From the NCBI GenBank assembly GCA_041685735.1, contig JAWLFE010000007.1, positions 1,397-65,396 on the forward strand: 64,000 bases of DNA, read 5' to 3'. Position numbers and translations under genes: made by a program. This document shows, piece after piece, positions 17,649 through 25,051 of the stretch. Under the pieces are notes generated by a model. The model was not told where the DNA came from and did not search any database. It saw only the letters and a list, made by a program, of their open reading frames with translations. This DNA comes from Nitriliruptoraceae bacterium (lineage in GTDB: Bacteria; Actinomycetota; Nitriliruptoria; Nitriliruptorales; Nitriliruptoraceae). Position 1 is the stretch's first letter, and the number at the start of each line of letters is the position of its first letter.

Positions 17649-19579
17649 CGGACCACCACCGCGTTGCCGCCAGACAGGAACAGAGCACCGTCGTCGAGCG
17701 AGATCGCATCCACCGCATCCCCGAGGCGCTGCCGGTTGCGGAGGTCGTACTCGAACAGCGCGAGTTCGTCGACGCCACCGACCCCGGCGACCTCCTCGAG
17801 GACGGAGACGAGTACGGCGGCGTTCAGGTCGCCGTCGAAGGGCCAGCCGGTCGAGCGGGACCCGCCGACCAGCGGGCTCAGGAACCGGGCCAGTGCTGCC
17901 GAGACCCGTTCCCGGACCGCGACCGGCGACCGACCGGCCGCGGCGCGGACACGGACGACCACACTCACACCCTGGTAGTACGGCGCGGTCACCTCGACGA
18001 GTGCCCCCATGGTCCGCCGGGCGTCCAGGTGGGTGCTGATCGTGGTGAACAGTTCGGGGGTGAGCGCGAAGTCGTCGAGTTGGTAGCTCGCCGGGTCGCG
18101 GTCGCTGGCTGGGACGACCAGCACGCGGATCGGGTCCAACGGGGTGGCCGGGACCATGCACCGGGCCCGCGCCACCTGCGGGGTGGATTCCAGGGTGAGC
18201 TGTTCGTAGTCGGAGGGGGTGACGGCACGCTGGCCGGTGCGCAGGGTCCGTGGACCACGGACCTTGACCTCCTCGACGGACTCCGGATCGACGCCACCGC
18301 GGGCCGGGATGAGGTTGGAGACCGAGTCGACGAACGGCACCGCGGTCCGCAGGACGGTCAGGACCCCGGTCCCGACGTTGCCCGCCGACCCACCACCCGT
18401 GCGGTAGCCGGTGACCGCGACCTGGGCGCCGAAGGGTGGGACCGCGCCGTGCTGGACGCGCGATCCGTCGGGGTAGCGCACGCTCGGTCCGAACTCGATC
18501 GCGCCGGCGGCATCGTCGAAGACGACGTGCCGGTCGTTGTGCCCGGAGTCGCTGAAGTCGGCAACCTCGAGGTAGGTGTGCACCTGCCCGTCGGTGATGA
18601 CCTGGACCTCTTCGCCGTCACGACGGGGCAGGACCGGACGGTGGCCGAGTTCGAAGCGTTGGCCGGGGGTGCCGTTACTCGCGCCCAGCACCTCACGGTT
18701 GATCCGTCGCGCGTGTTCCGCGACGACCGAACCGCCGCGACACGACGCCCGCAACGAGGTCAACGTGGGCGAGGTCGTGAAGGTCGGCTGCCCCTCGGCG
18801 GCGTCGAGCAGGCGCACCCGCAACCAGTGGTGGCGCTCTCCACCGAGCGTCAACGGCTCGTGGGCCGGGGGAACGACCATGCGGACGGTGCCACCCCGGT
18901 TCAGACCGCCCGTGGTGTCGCGGATCACGTCGACCGGGATCCAGAACTCGCCGGACCAGACCTCCCAGATGATCGGCACGTCGTCCGGGTCGACCCCGAT
19001 CCCCCGTTCGGCGGTGTCGACCACCAGGTCGACCATCAGCCCGGCGAGTGACACATCGAAGCCGAGGTTGAACGCATCGCCGGCGGCCACCGGTGACGAG
19101 GCGAAGCAGGTGACGCTGTCGCGGTCGTACTCCAGTTGCTCGCGGACATCGACGTAGGCCTGCTCGTCCGACGAGGTCATGGCACCCGTCACCCGGGGCT
19201 GCTGGATCTTCAACTCATCGAGGGTCGCGAAGATCACCCCGCCGGCATCGGCCGTCGTGACCTCGGTCCCGGCGGGGATGGTCACCGGCTGCGCGGTCGC
19301 GGCGGAGAGCCAGAACGTCAGCGGGACCTGCGCGGCCGAAGCCGGGAACGGTGCCGTCCCGAGCAGGTTCAGGAAGTCGACGTACAGCCGCTCCGGTACC
19401 TGGTTGAGGCGGAAGATGACCTGCTCGCTCATCCAGGCGAACAGCTCGATCAGCGCGACCCCCGGATCGGCGACGTTGTGGTTGGTCCATTCCGGGGTCA
19501 ACGACGGGATCATCCGCTTGGCCTCGTCCACGAGGTCCTGGAAGCGGCGGTCGTCGAGGTTGGGGACGGGCAGACTCAC
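17645..19579 (-). CDS. Baseplate J-like protein (T4 gp6 / Afp11 / Cis11 equivalent)
   Basis: N-terminus MSLPVPNLDDRRFQDLVDEAKRMIPSLTPEWTNHNVADPGVALIELFAWMSEQVIFRLNQVPERLYVDFLNLLG is typical of the putative baseplate assembly protein family. It overlaps the gp25 stop. Confidence 0.85.
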   Translation of the reverse strand: MSLPVPNLDDRRFQDLVDEAKRMIPSLTPEWTNHNVADPGVALIELFAWMSEQVIFRLNQVPERLYVDFLNLLGTAPFPASAAQVPLTFWLSAATAQPVTIPAGTEVTTADAGGVIFATLDELKIQQPRVTGAMTSSDEQAYVDVREQLEYDRDSVTCFASSPVAAGDAFNLGFDVSLAGLMVDLVVDTAERGIGVDPDDVPIIWEVWSGEFWIPVDVIRDTTGGLNRGGTVRMVVPPAHEPLTLGGERHHWLRVRLLDAAEGQPTFTTSPTLTSLRASCRGGSVVAEHARRINREVLGASNGTPGQRFELGHRPVLPRRDGEEVQVITDGQVHTYLEVADFSDSGHNDRHVVFDDAAGAIEFGPSVRYPDGSRVQHGAVPPFGAQVAVTGYRTGGGSAGNVGTGVLTVLRTAVPFVDSVSNLIPARGGVDPESVEEVKVRGPRTLRTGQRAVTPSDYEQLTLESTPQVARARCMVPATPLDPIRVLVVPASDRDPASYQLDDFALTPELFTTISTHLDARRTMGALVEVTAPYYQGVSVVVRVRAAAGRSPVAVRERVSAALARFLSPLVGGSRSTGWPFDGDLNAAVLVSVLEEVAGVGGVDELALFEYDLRNRQRLGDAVDAISLDDGALFLSGGNAVVVR

Positions 19580-20007
19580 GAGGCGTTCCCTTGGTCGTTG
19601 CCCTCACCGGGGATCAGGTAGAAGGGATGGACGAGGTTGCGGCTGTCGTTGGTCGAGCGGATCCTGTAGGCGATGTTGATCGTGACCGAGCCGGCGCCAC
19701 CGTCATCGGGGACCACGTCGACGGCGGTGACGTCCGCGCGGGGTTCCCAGCGGGACATCGCCTCACGGACCGCGTCCTCCATCAGGCCGATCGTGTTGGC
19801 GTTGATGGGCTCGAAGAGCAGGTCCCAGATGCCGCACCCGAAGGCGGGCCGCATCGGCCGCTCCCCGATCGCAGTCGACAGGATCACGCGCATCGCCTTC
19901 TCGATGTCGTGGTGACCGGCGCTCAGCGCGATGGAGCCGTTGGCGTCCACCCGGAGGGGGAAGGTCAGGCCCTGCCCGATGTAGGAGGGCGGGTTCAGAT
20001 CACTCAT
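19576..20007 (-). CDS. GPW/gp25 baseplate wedge protein (Afp9/Cis9 equivalent)
   Basis: 143 aa. The sequence GQGLTFPLRVDANGSIALSAGHHDIEKAMRVILSTAIGERPMRPAFGCGIWDLLFEP matches the gp25 family pattern. GAGGGG RBS upstream. Confidence 0.85.
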   Translation of the reverse strand: MSDLNPPSYIGQGLTFPLRVDANGSIALSAGHHDIEKAMRVILSTAIGERPMRPAFGCGIWDLLFEPINANTIGLMEDAVREAMSRWEPRADVTAVDVVPDDGGAGSVTINIAYRIRSTNDSRNLVHPFYLIPGEGNDQGNAS

Positions 20008-20019
20008 CGTCGGTACCCC

Positions 20020-21843
20020 TCAGTTGATCTTCACCATGCCGCCCTTGAGTTCGGCCATGGACTGCCCCTCCACCTTGGCCGTGCCACCCTTGGCCTCGAA
20101 CGCGGACCCGCCGTCGATCTTCACGCCCATCGATCCCTTGAGTGCGACGTCCTGGCCTTCGATCTTCGCGCTGCCGTCGACCTTGATGTCCAGCGATGCT
20201 GCCTTGATCGTGAGGTCGCCCCCATCGGTGATGGTCAGCGAGGCGCTGCCCGACGTCAGATCGATCGGGTTGCCGCTCTTCGAGGTGACCGAGACCCTGT
20301 CCTCGCCGACGTACACGAAGGTCTCGCCGTCGTTCAGTGCGAGGTCGATGTGACGGTCCTCGGGACCGTCACCATCGGAGATGGTGATGCTGTGTCCGAC
20401 GCGCGATGCGATCACCCGCTTGGTCACAACGCCGTCACCGCTGTCCTCGACGATGTCATCGAACGGGGGCTTGAACTGCTCACTCCAGAGCCCCCCGAGC
20501 ACCAGCGGCTTGTCCACGTGGCCACGTTCGAAGCCCACGACGACCTCATCCCCGACCTCGGGGCGGAAGTCCAGTCCCCGATCCTGACCGGCACCGGGGG
20601 TGATGACCCGCGCCCACTCACTCTCGTGTTGATCGAGCAGCGAGGGGTAGGTGACCTTGATCCGACCGAGCTTCTTCGGATCGTTGATGCTGGTGACGTA
20701 CGCCGCCACCAGGCCGCGTGTGGACCAGCCGTCGTAGGGCCCACTCGCGCGGTGGGCGTCGGCTGCCGGGTCCGACGGCGGTCCCTCGGATGCGAACCGC
20801 GTCCGCAGTTCGTGCGCCTGGCCGTACTCGTGGACCACCTCGGTGACGTAGTAGTCCCCGGCCAGTTTTCGGCCGACCCCGGTGATGGTCAGGAGCCGCC
20901 CGGGCTCGACCGCCGGGTTGCAGATCGTGGTGCCACTGACGCGGACACCGTGACGGGCCAGGTCGTGCCCGATCACCTCGCTGCGATCAGCGGCCGACGA
21001 CGCATCCTCCGCGCCCTCGGTCGGCACCGTGAGGTCCCCACCGAACGCGGACACCGCCTTGCCGTACTGCGAGGTGACGAAGCTGCTGTCACCGCGAAGA
21101 ACATCGACCGATGGGGTCGACGTCGCGTCCCAGGACCCGGACACCGACGACTGCTGTGCCGGGTCCCAGCCCGTGACGGTCACCGTCCCGGGCGCGCGTG
21201 CTCCGTCGAACGATGCCGCGAACGCGCGGAGGGTGCCGTCCTTCGGGGAGAGCTCGGGCCCCGCATCCTGCGGCCGCTTACGGAAGTGCAACTCCCGGCC
21301 ATGGACGAACCATTCGTAGCCGATACCGGACGCCAACTGGGTCAGGAAGTGCAGATCCGTGCACGTCTGGATCCGGTAGGCCTTGTCCGTGGTCGCGTCG
21401 GTAACCGCCGTCAGCCCGTGACGATCGGCGATCGCCTCCACGATGTCGGTGGAGGAGTGGTCGAGGTAGGCGGTGAAGTCGGAGGCGTTCGCCAACCGGT
21501 GGCTGACGTCCAGCGCTTCGACGATGATCCGTTGGGTGAGGTCCCCGGCCTCGTCGCCCTGTTCGATACCGACCTGCGCAACCTTGCCCAGGAACACGGT
21601 GGCCACCGAGCTGTCCGAGTCCGGGAGCAGGACCTCCAGTTCATCACCGACGTCGATGTCGAGGCGGTCGAAGAGGTTGTAGAACTCGTCGAAGAAGCGC
21701 AGCGACACCGCGGCCGGGACGTAGACGGACCGCTGGACCCGCATCGAGATCAGGTTGTTGGCCACGTCCGGATCCAGGGCGGACCCGCCGACCTTGATCG
21801 TCGGGGTCCGGGTCTTGGCCTCGGCGGCCGCGGGAGCTGCCAT
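20020..21843 (-). CDS. VgrG-like spike protein: late control gene D domain, gp5-like OB fold and C-terminal beta-helix
   Basis: 607 aa. The N-terminus resembles gpD, the middle contains GLVAAYVTSINDPKKLGRIKVTYPSL...SEWARVITPGAGQDRGLDFRPEVGDEVVVGFERGHVDKPLVLGGLW, and the C-terminus is a repetitive beta-helix (GDLTIKAASLDIKVDGSAKIEGQDVALKGSMGVKIDGG). Confidence 0.85.
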   Translation of the reverse strand: MAAPAAAEAKTRTPTIKVGGSALDPDVANNLISMRVQRSVYVPAAVSLRFFDEFYNLFDRLDIDVGDELEVLLPDSDSSVATVFLGKVAQVGIEQGDEAGDLTQRIIVEALDVSHRLANASDFTAYLDHSSTDIVEAIADRHGLTAVTDATTDKAYRIQTCTDLHFLTQLASGIGYEWFVHGRELHFRKRPQDAGPELSPKDGTLRAFAASFDGARAPGTVTVTGWDPAQQSSVSGSWDATSTPSVDVLRGDSSFVTSQYGKAVSAFGGDLTVPTEGAEDASSAADRSEVIGHDLARHGVRVSGTTICNPAVEPGRLLTITGVGRKLAGDYYVTEVVHEYGQAHELRTRFASEGPPSDPAADAHRASGPYDGWSTRGLVAAYVTSINDPKKLGRIKVTYPSLLDQHESEWARVITPGAGQDRGLDFRPEVGDEVVVGFERGHVDKPLVLGGLWSEQFKPPFDDIVEDSGDGVVTKRVIASRVGHSITISDGDGPEDRHIDLALNDGETFVYVGEDRVSVTSKSGNPIDLTSGSASLTITDGGDLTIKAASLDIKVDGSAKIEGQDVALKGSMGVKIDGGSAFEAKGGTAKVEGQSMAELKGGMVKIN

Positions 21844-22508
21844 CAGTTCTCCAACGTGGGGATCTCGACGCGGCGACCGGCCTGCACGGCGAAGGGATCA
21901 CGGATGCCGTTGGCCGTCGCCAGTCGGCGCCACTGGGTCGGGTCGTTGTAGTAGGCGGCCGAGATCCGATCGAGCGTCTCGCCGGGCTGCACCTGGTGCG
22001 AACGTCCCGGTCGCGGGGTGCCGGAGGTCGGGTTCTGCCGCGGCCAGTCCTGCTCGTCCTCGAACTGGGTCAGATCCATCGACGCCCGGGCACGCAGCGG
22101 CTCGCCATCCTGGGAGAAGTAGGTGAACGACAGCGACAGCCGGGTGACCACGGCCCGGAACGAGTGGAACTTCCCCCAGTGGAACCGGACCCAGGCGGGC
22201 CGACCGTTGTTCTCCGCCTCGTCGTACCCGGGCAGCGACTCATCGATCTTCATCAGCTTGACGAGCTTGTCGGTGTGCGCGGTGACCGTCGTGCCGGTGT
22301 CCGTCGTGTCGAACAGCAGTTCCAGTCCTGAGATCTTGCCGGACCCACCCCCGCCATAGCGCATCTCGGGAGCCTGCTTGCCAGGCATCGAGGTGCTCTC
22401 GTAGGAGTTCTCGAGGGTGATCTCGAGCTTGCTGGGGTTGAACAGGCAGGGCAGCTTGTCGCCCGTCTCGGTCTGCAGGTATGCCTTCTGATCGTTCTGC
22501 TCCGCCAT
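21843..22508 (-). CDS. Tube-initiator-like protein with a C-terminal LysM domain (Afp7/Cis7 equivalent)
   Basis: 221 aa. The N-terminal half is tube-like (LPCLFNPSKLEITLEN...LELLFDTTD). The C-terminus, HQVQPGETLDRISAAYYNDPTQWRRLATANGIRDPFAVQAGRRVEIP, reads as LysM. Its stop overlaps the VgrG start (TGATG). Confidence 0.8.
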   Translation of the reverse strand: MAEQNDQKAYLQTETGDKLPCLFNPSKLEITLENSYESTSMPGKQAPEMRYGGGGSGKISGLELLFDTTDTGTTVTAHTDKLVKLMKIDESLPGYDEAENNGRPAWVRFHWGKFHSFRAVVTRLSLSFTYFSQDGEPLRARASMDLTQFEDEQDWPRQNPTSGTPRPGRSHQVQPGETLDRISAAYYNDPTQWRRLATANGIRDPFAVQAGRRVEIPTLEN

Positions 22509-22510
22509 CG

Positions 22511-23005
22511 TCAGATCCCCTTCCGTCGCAGGTCGGGCTCGATGGGTTGGACGGGATGATCGACCGGTGTCAGCGACCGGGCCAGTCCGCCGGGACCCCG
22601 CGACCGGCCGTGGCGGGTCGCACCGCCACGACGCGCCAGGATCGGCAGACCACGCTCGGGGACCTGGCGGGTGGGCTCACGCTTGCGACGCAACTGCTCC
22701 CGATAGGCCGCCAGCGCCGAGCCCAGGACCGCGACGTCGTCGGTCTGCTGCTCCGTCCGCGGCCAGACGCCCCACGGCAGCTCGGCCACGGCACCGGGTG
22801 ACGGGGGGGCCGGTGTGGCCTGGCGTGCCGAGGCAGCCACACCGATGCCCGCGCTGAAACCCTGCGCTGAGCGTGCCGCGACGCCGATGTCGGGGGCGCC
22901 ACGCATCTGGCGCACCGAACGGGCGGTGCGCAGCATCGGACCGCTGACGCGCGTGGACGTGTCGTTCTCCGCGCCGCCGTTGTGCTCATCCATGGGTGGG
23001 CTCAT
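22511..23005 (-). CDS. Hypothetical 164-aa protein in the Afp6 position; candidate short tape-measure or tube-lumen protein
   Basis: ATGA overlap with the stop of the second tube gene, and only a 2-nt gap before the LysM gene. GC3 is acceptable. The protein is Arg/Ala/Gly-rich with no motif I recognise. Confidence 0.55.
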   Translation of the reverse strand: MSPPMDEHNGGAENDTSTRVSGPMLRTARSVRQMRGAPDIGVAARSAQGFSAGIGVAASARQATPAPPSPGAVAELPWGVWPRTEQQTDDVAVLGSALAAYREQLRRKREPTRQVPERGLPILARRGGATRHGRSRGPGGLARSLTPVDHPVQPIEPDLRRKGI

Positions 23006-23490
23006 TTCTTGAGGGTCTCGGCGGAGAAGCCGTGGTGGGCGACCTCGAGTTGCTCCGAGGCGACGTCGTCGCTGCTATTGGCGAAGCTCGGGCCGCTCCA
23101 CTTCACGGGCATGGCGTCGTAGAGGGTCCAGGTACGCAGCCGCTCCCCAGACGCGCTGACCATCGTGACGTCGACGGTCTTGCGCTCGACCTTGCCCTCA
23201 GCGTTGAACGTGGTCCCGACGCTCTCGTTGAACCAGTCGAACAGCCCGTTGTCGACCGTGATGCCCCGCTTGAGCACCAGGTTCGGCCAGGTCATCCGGC
23301 CGGGGAGCTGATGGGAGAAACCGTTGACGCCGCCCTCCTCGTAGGTCTCGACCTCGACCTGGACCTCGAGCCCACTGCACTCGCTGAACCGCCCGACCGG
23401 GATGTCACCCACCTCCACGAGGAAGAACGCGGTGGTGCTCCCACCACTCTGGAACAGGTGGTCCTTGGGCACCTTGCTGCTCTTGGCCAT
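23002..23490 (-). CDS. Phage tail tube protein, second copy (Afp5/Cis1b-like)
   Basis: 162 aa. FFLVEVGDIPVGRFSECSGLEVQVEVETYEEGGVNGFSHQLPGRMTWPNLVLKRGITVDNGLFDWF fits the T4 gp19-type tube family. AGGAGG RBS about 9 nt upstream. Confidence 0.85.
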   Translation of the reverse strand: MAKSSKVPKDHLFQSGGSTTAFFLVEVGDIPVGRFSECSGLEVQVEVETYEEGGVNGFSHQLPGRMTWPNLVLKRGITVDNGLFDWFNESVGTTFNAEGKVERKTVDVTMVSASGERLRTWTLYDAMPVKWSGPSFANSSDDVASEQLEVAHHGFSAETLKK

Positions 23491-23520
23491 CGGTGCACAC
23501 CTCCTGGCGGGTCAAGGTCG

Positions 23521-23613
23521 TCGGGGTCGGGGTCGGGGGTCGGGTCGGGTCGGGGTCGGGGGTCGGGTCGGGTCGGGGTCGGGGGTCGGGTCGGGGTCGG
23601 GGGTCGGGTCGGG
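23521..23613. repeat. G-tract tandem repeat with unit tcgggg-tcggggg-tcggg-tcggg (23 nt, about 4 copies). It fills the intergenic gap between the DUF6760-like ORF and the second tube gene
   Basis: Read directly from the sequence. On the plus strand there are 16 consecutive G-runs of 3-5 nt, each separated by TC. The plus strand is the template strand for this operon, so the mRNA carries (GACCC)-type C-tracts. The array begins right after the TGA at 23614-23616. Confidence 0.9.
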
Positions 23614-23793
23614 TCAGCTGGTGGCGGAGCTCGTCGTACGGTCACGCCCGCGGCGTTCCAACTCGACGATCCGTCGCACCATCCGGGTGCGGTTGCGGTG
23701 TTCGAGGTCGAGCAACTCGTCGAAACTCCAGTGCAGGTGGTAGGCGAGGAAGGCGATCTCGTCCCACAGTGCGGTCTCTGGGTAGCGCTTCAT
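23614..23793 (-). CDS. Small conserved CIS-associated protein (59 aa, DUF6760-like)
   Basis: Below the track's size cut-off. My translation is MKRYPETALWDEIAFLAYHLHWSFDELLDLEHRNRTRMVRRIVELERRGRDRTTSSATS. Its ATG overlaps the upstream stop (ATGA at 23790-23793). Confidence 0.6.
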   Translation of the reverse strand: MKRYPETALWDEIAFLAYHLHWSFDELLDLEHRNRTRMVRRIVELERRGRDRTTSSATS

Positions 23794-24344
23794 CCCGGCC
23801 GCCCCGAGGACCGTCCGACCTCCTCGATGCGGGCGCGCCTCGGTGAGGTGCGCACGGGTGGCTCATCGGGGAGGTCCTGGTCCTGCGCGTCGGGCGCATC
23901 GTGTGTCGCGGTTCCGTCACGGGCCAGCATCGAACGAGCCGCATCACTGACCGGACTCCCCCCGGTGGCTGGTCCCGGGTCCTGGGGGATCGAGGAGATC
24001 GTGGCTCCACCGGTCGCCTCATCCAGGTAACGCTGGACCTCAGCTGGCGTGCCGTAGTTGATGATCGCGTACACGTCCTGCAGGTAGGCGAGATCGGCCG
24101 CGAACAGGCCGTCGACATCGCGAGGACTGAGACGGTTGTGTGACCCGAGCTGTGTGATCACGCGGGACAGGACGATCACCGAGAGGTACGGGTCGTCTGC
24201 ATCCCGGATCTTGGGGTCGTTGAGGGGCTCGAGTTCGTCGCGGGCGGTCGCCAGGCGCATCGTGCCCTTCTGGTTGAGCCGCCCGTCGCTGTCGATGAGA
24301 CCCTTGGGCAACGTGAACGGGAACTCCGTGCGCAACCCGGCCAT
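23790..24344 (-). CDS. gpE-like tail assembly chaperone with a low-complexity C-terminal half
   Basis: 184 aa. The N-terminal 105 aa (EFPFTLPKGLIDSDGRLNQKGTMRLATARDELEPLNDPKIRDADDPYLSVIVLSRVITQLG...LSPRDVDGLFAADLAYLQDVY) resemble phage tail assembly protein E-type chaperones. It sits between the two tube genes. AGGAGGG RBS upstream. Confidence 0.6.
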   Translation of the reverse strand: MAGLRTEFPFTLPKGLIDSDGRLNQKGTMRLATARDELEPLNDPKIRDADDPYLSVIVLSRVITQLGSHNRLSPRDVDGLFAADLAYLQDVYAIINYGTPAEVQRYLDEATGGATISSIPQDPGPATGGSPVSDAARSMLARDGTATHDAPDAQDQDLPDEPPVRTSPRRARIEEVGRSSGRPG

Positions 24345-24421
24345 CTGGCCCTCCTGCGTTCGTCGTCGGTCGTCGAGTGGTCGGTTCGCGATCGGTGCGG
24401 GGCACCCTCAGGCATGCAGCA

Positions 24422-24453
24422 GGCCTGGGGGTCGCATCAACGACCCCCAGGCC
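24422..24453 (-). terminator. Perfect 13-bp GC-rich stem-loop 22 nt downstream of the first tube gene's stop; putative intra-operon attenuator or mRNA stabiliser
   Basis: GGCCTGGGGGTCG / loop CATCAA / CGACCCCCAGGCC, read directly. No U-tract follows. The next gene in the operon starts at 24344. Confidence 0.6.
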
Positions 24454-24475
24454 CGAACCTCCGTAGGTCGTGCTC

Positions 24476-24913
24476 CTACTTCCGTTCGAGGTACTCGTGG
24501 GTGATCGTCACTTCCTCGATCACGATGTCGTCGCTGCCGGCATCGAGGTCAGAGGCGGACCAGGAGCTGATCCACGCGGCCTCGAAATCCCAACGTCCGG
24601 TCTCCTCGCCGGCGGCGTCGAACATCACGATCGAGCCGTTCTTGCGTTCGACCACGCCGTCGAGCACGGTCTGATACCAGTCGACGAGTGAGTTGTCGTC
24701 GGTCAGACCACGCTTGAGCGTGATGTCGTTGTAGGTGATGCGTCCGGGACGCTTCCGCGTCACGATCTCGCCGCTGATGGTCGTGTCCTGGAAGGTCACC
24801 ACCTCCGCGCTGTAGCCGAGTCCGGTGACGCCGGTGAAGCGTCCGATCTCGACCCCCTCCACCTCGAGGGCGAAGAGTGAGCCGAGATACTCCTGGTCGT
24901 GTTCGTCTGCCAT
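24476..24913 (-). CDS. Phage tail tube protein, first copy (Afp1/Cis1a-like)
   Basis: 145 aa. FALEVEGVEIGRFTGVTGLGYSAEVVTFQD...RKRPGRITYNDITLKRGLTDDNSLVDWY fits the T4 gp19-type tube family. Confidence 0.85.
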   Translation of the reverse strand: MADEHDQEYLGSLFALEVEGVEIGRFTGVTGLGYSAEVVTFQDTTISGEIVTRKRPGRITYNDITLKRGLTDDNSLVDWYQTVLDGVVERKNGSIVMFDAAGEETGRWDFEAAWISSWSASDLDAGSDDIVIEEVTITHEYLERK

Positions 24914-25012
24914 GTCCCTGTCCTGTCCTCGTCGAGTCCTGCGATGGGTCCTGCCTGGGTCCTGGCTGTGGTCGTGCGATGATCATGGTGATCGAGAAGG
25001 GGTCATCGACCC

Positions 25013-25042
25013 GGACCCCACGCCGATCACCGCGTGGGGTCC
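25013..25042 (-). terminator. Perfect 11-bp GC-rich stem-loop 10 nt downstream of the sheath gene's stop; putative intra-operon attenuator or mRNA stabiliser
   Basis: GGACCCCACGC / loop CGATCACC / GCGTGGGGTCC, read directly. No U-tract follows. Confidence 0.6.
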
Positions 25043-25051
25043 GCGATCCGA

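Noticed and set aside
23521-23613. Whether the G-tract repeat is a CRISPR array or a coding PDP-repeat extension (listed ORF 23292..23645)
   Set aside because: The units are contiguous with no spacers and are only 23 nt long, so this is not a CRISPR array. The listed ORF crosses the second tube gene's start in another frame. The flanking genes have their own stop (23614-23616) and RBS/ATG (23490), so the repeat is intergenic.
23780-23830. A programmed -1 frameshift of the P2 E/E' type at the end of the gpE-like chaperone gene
   Set aside because: The downstream DUF6760-like ORF has its own ATG overlapping the stop (ATGA). I saw no slippery X XXY YYZ heptamer in the last roughly 50 nt, so simple translational coupling explains the arrangement.
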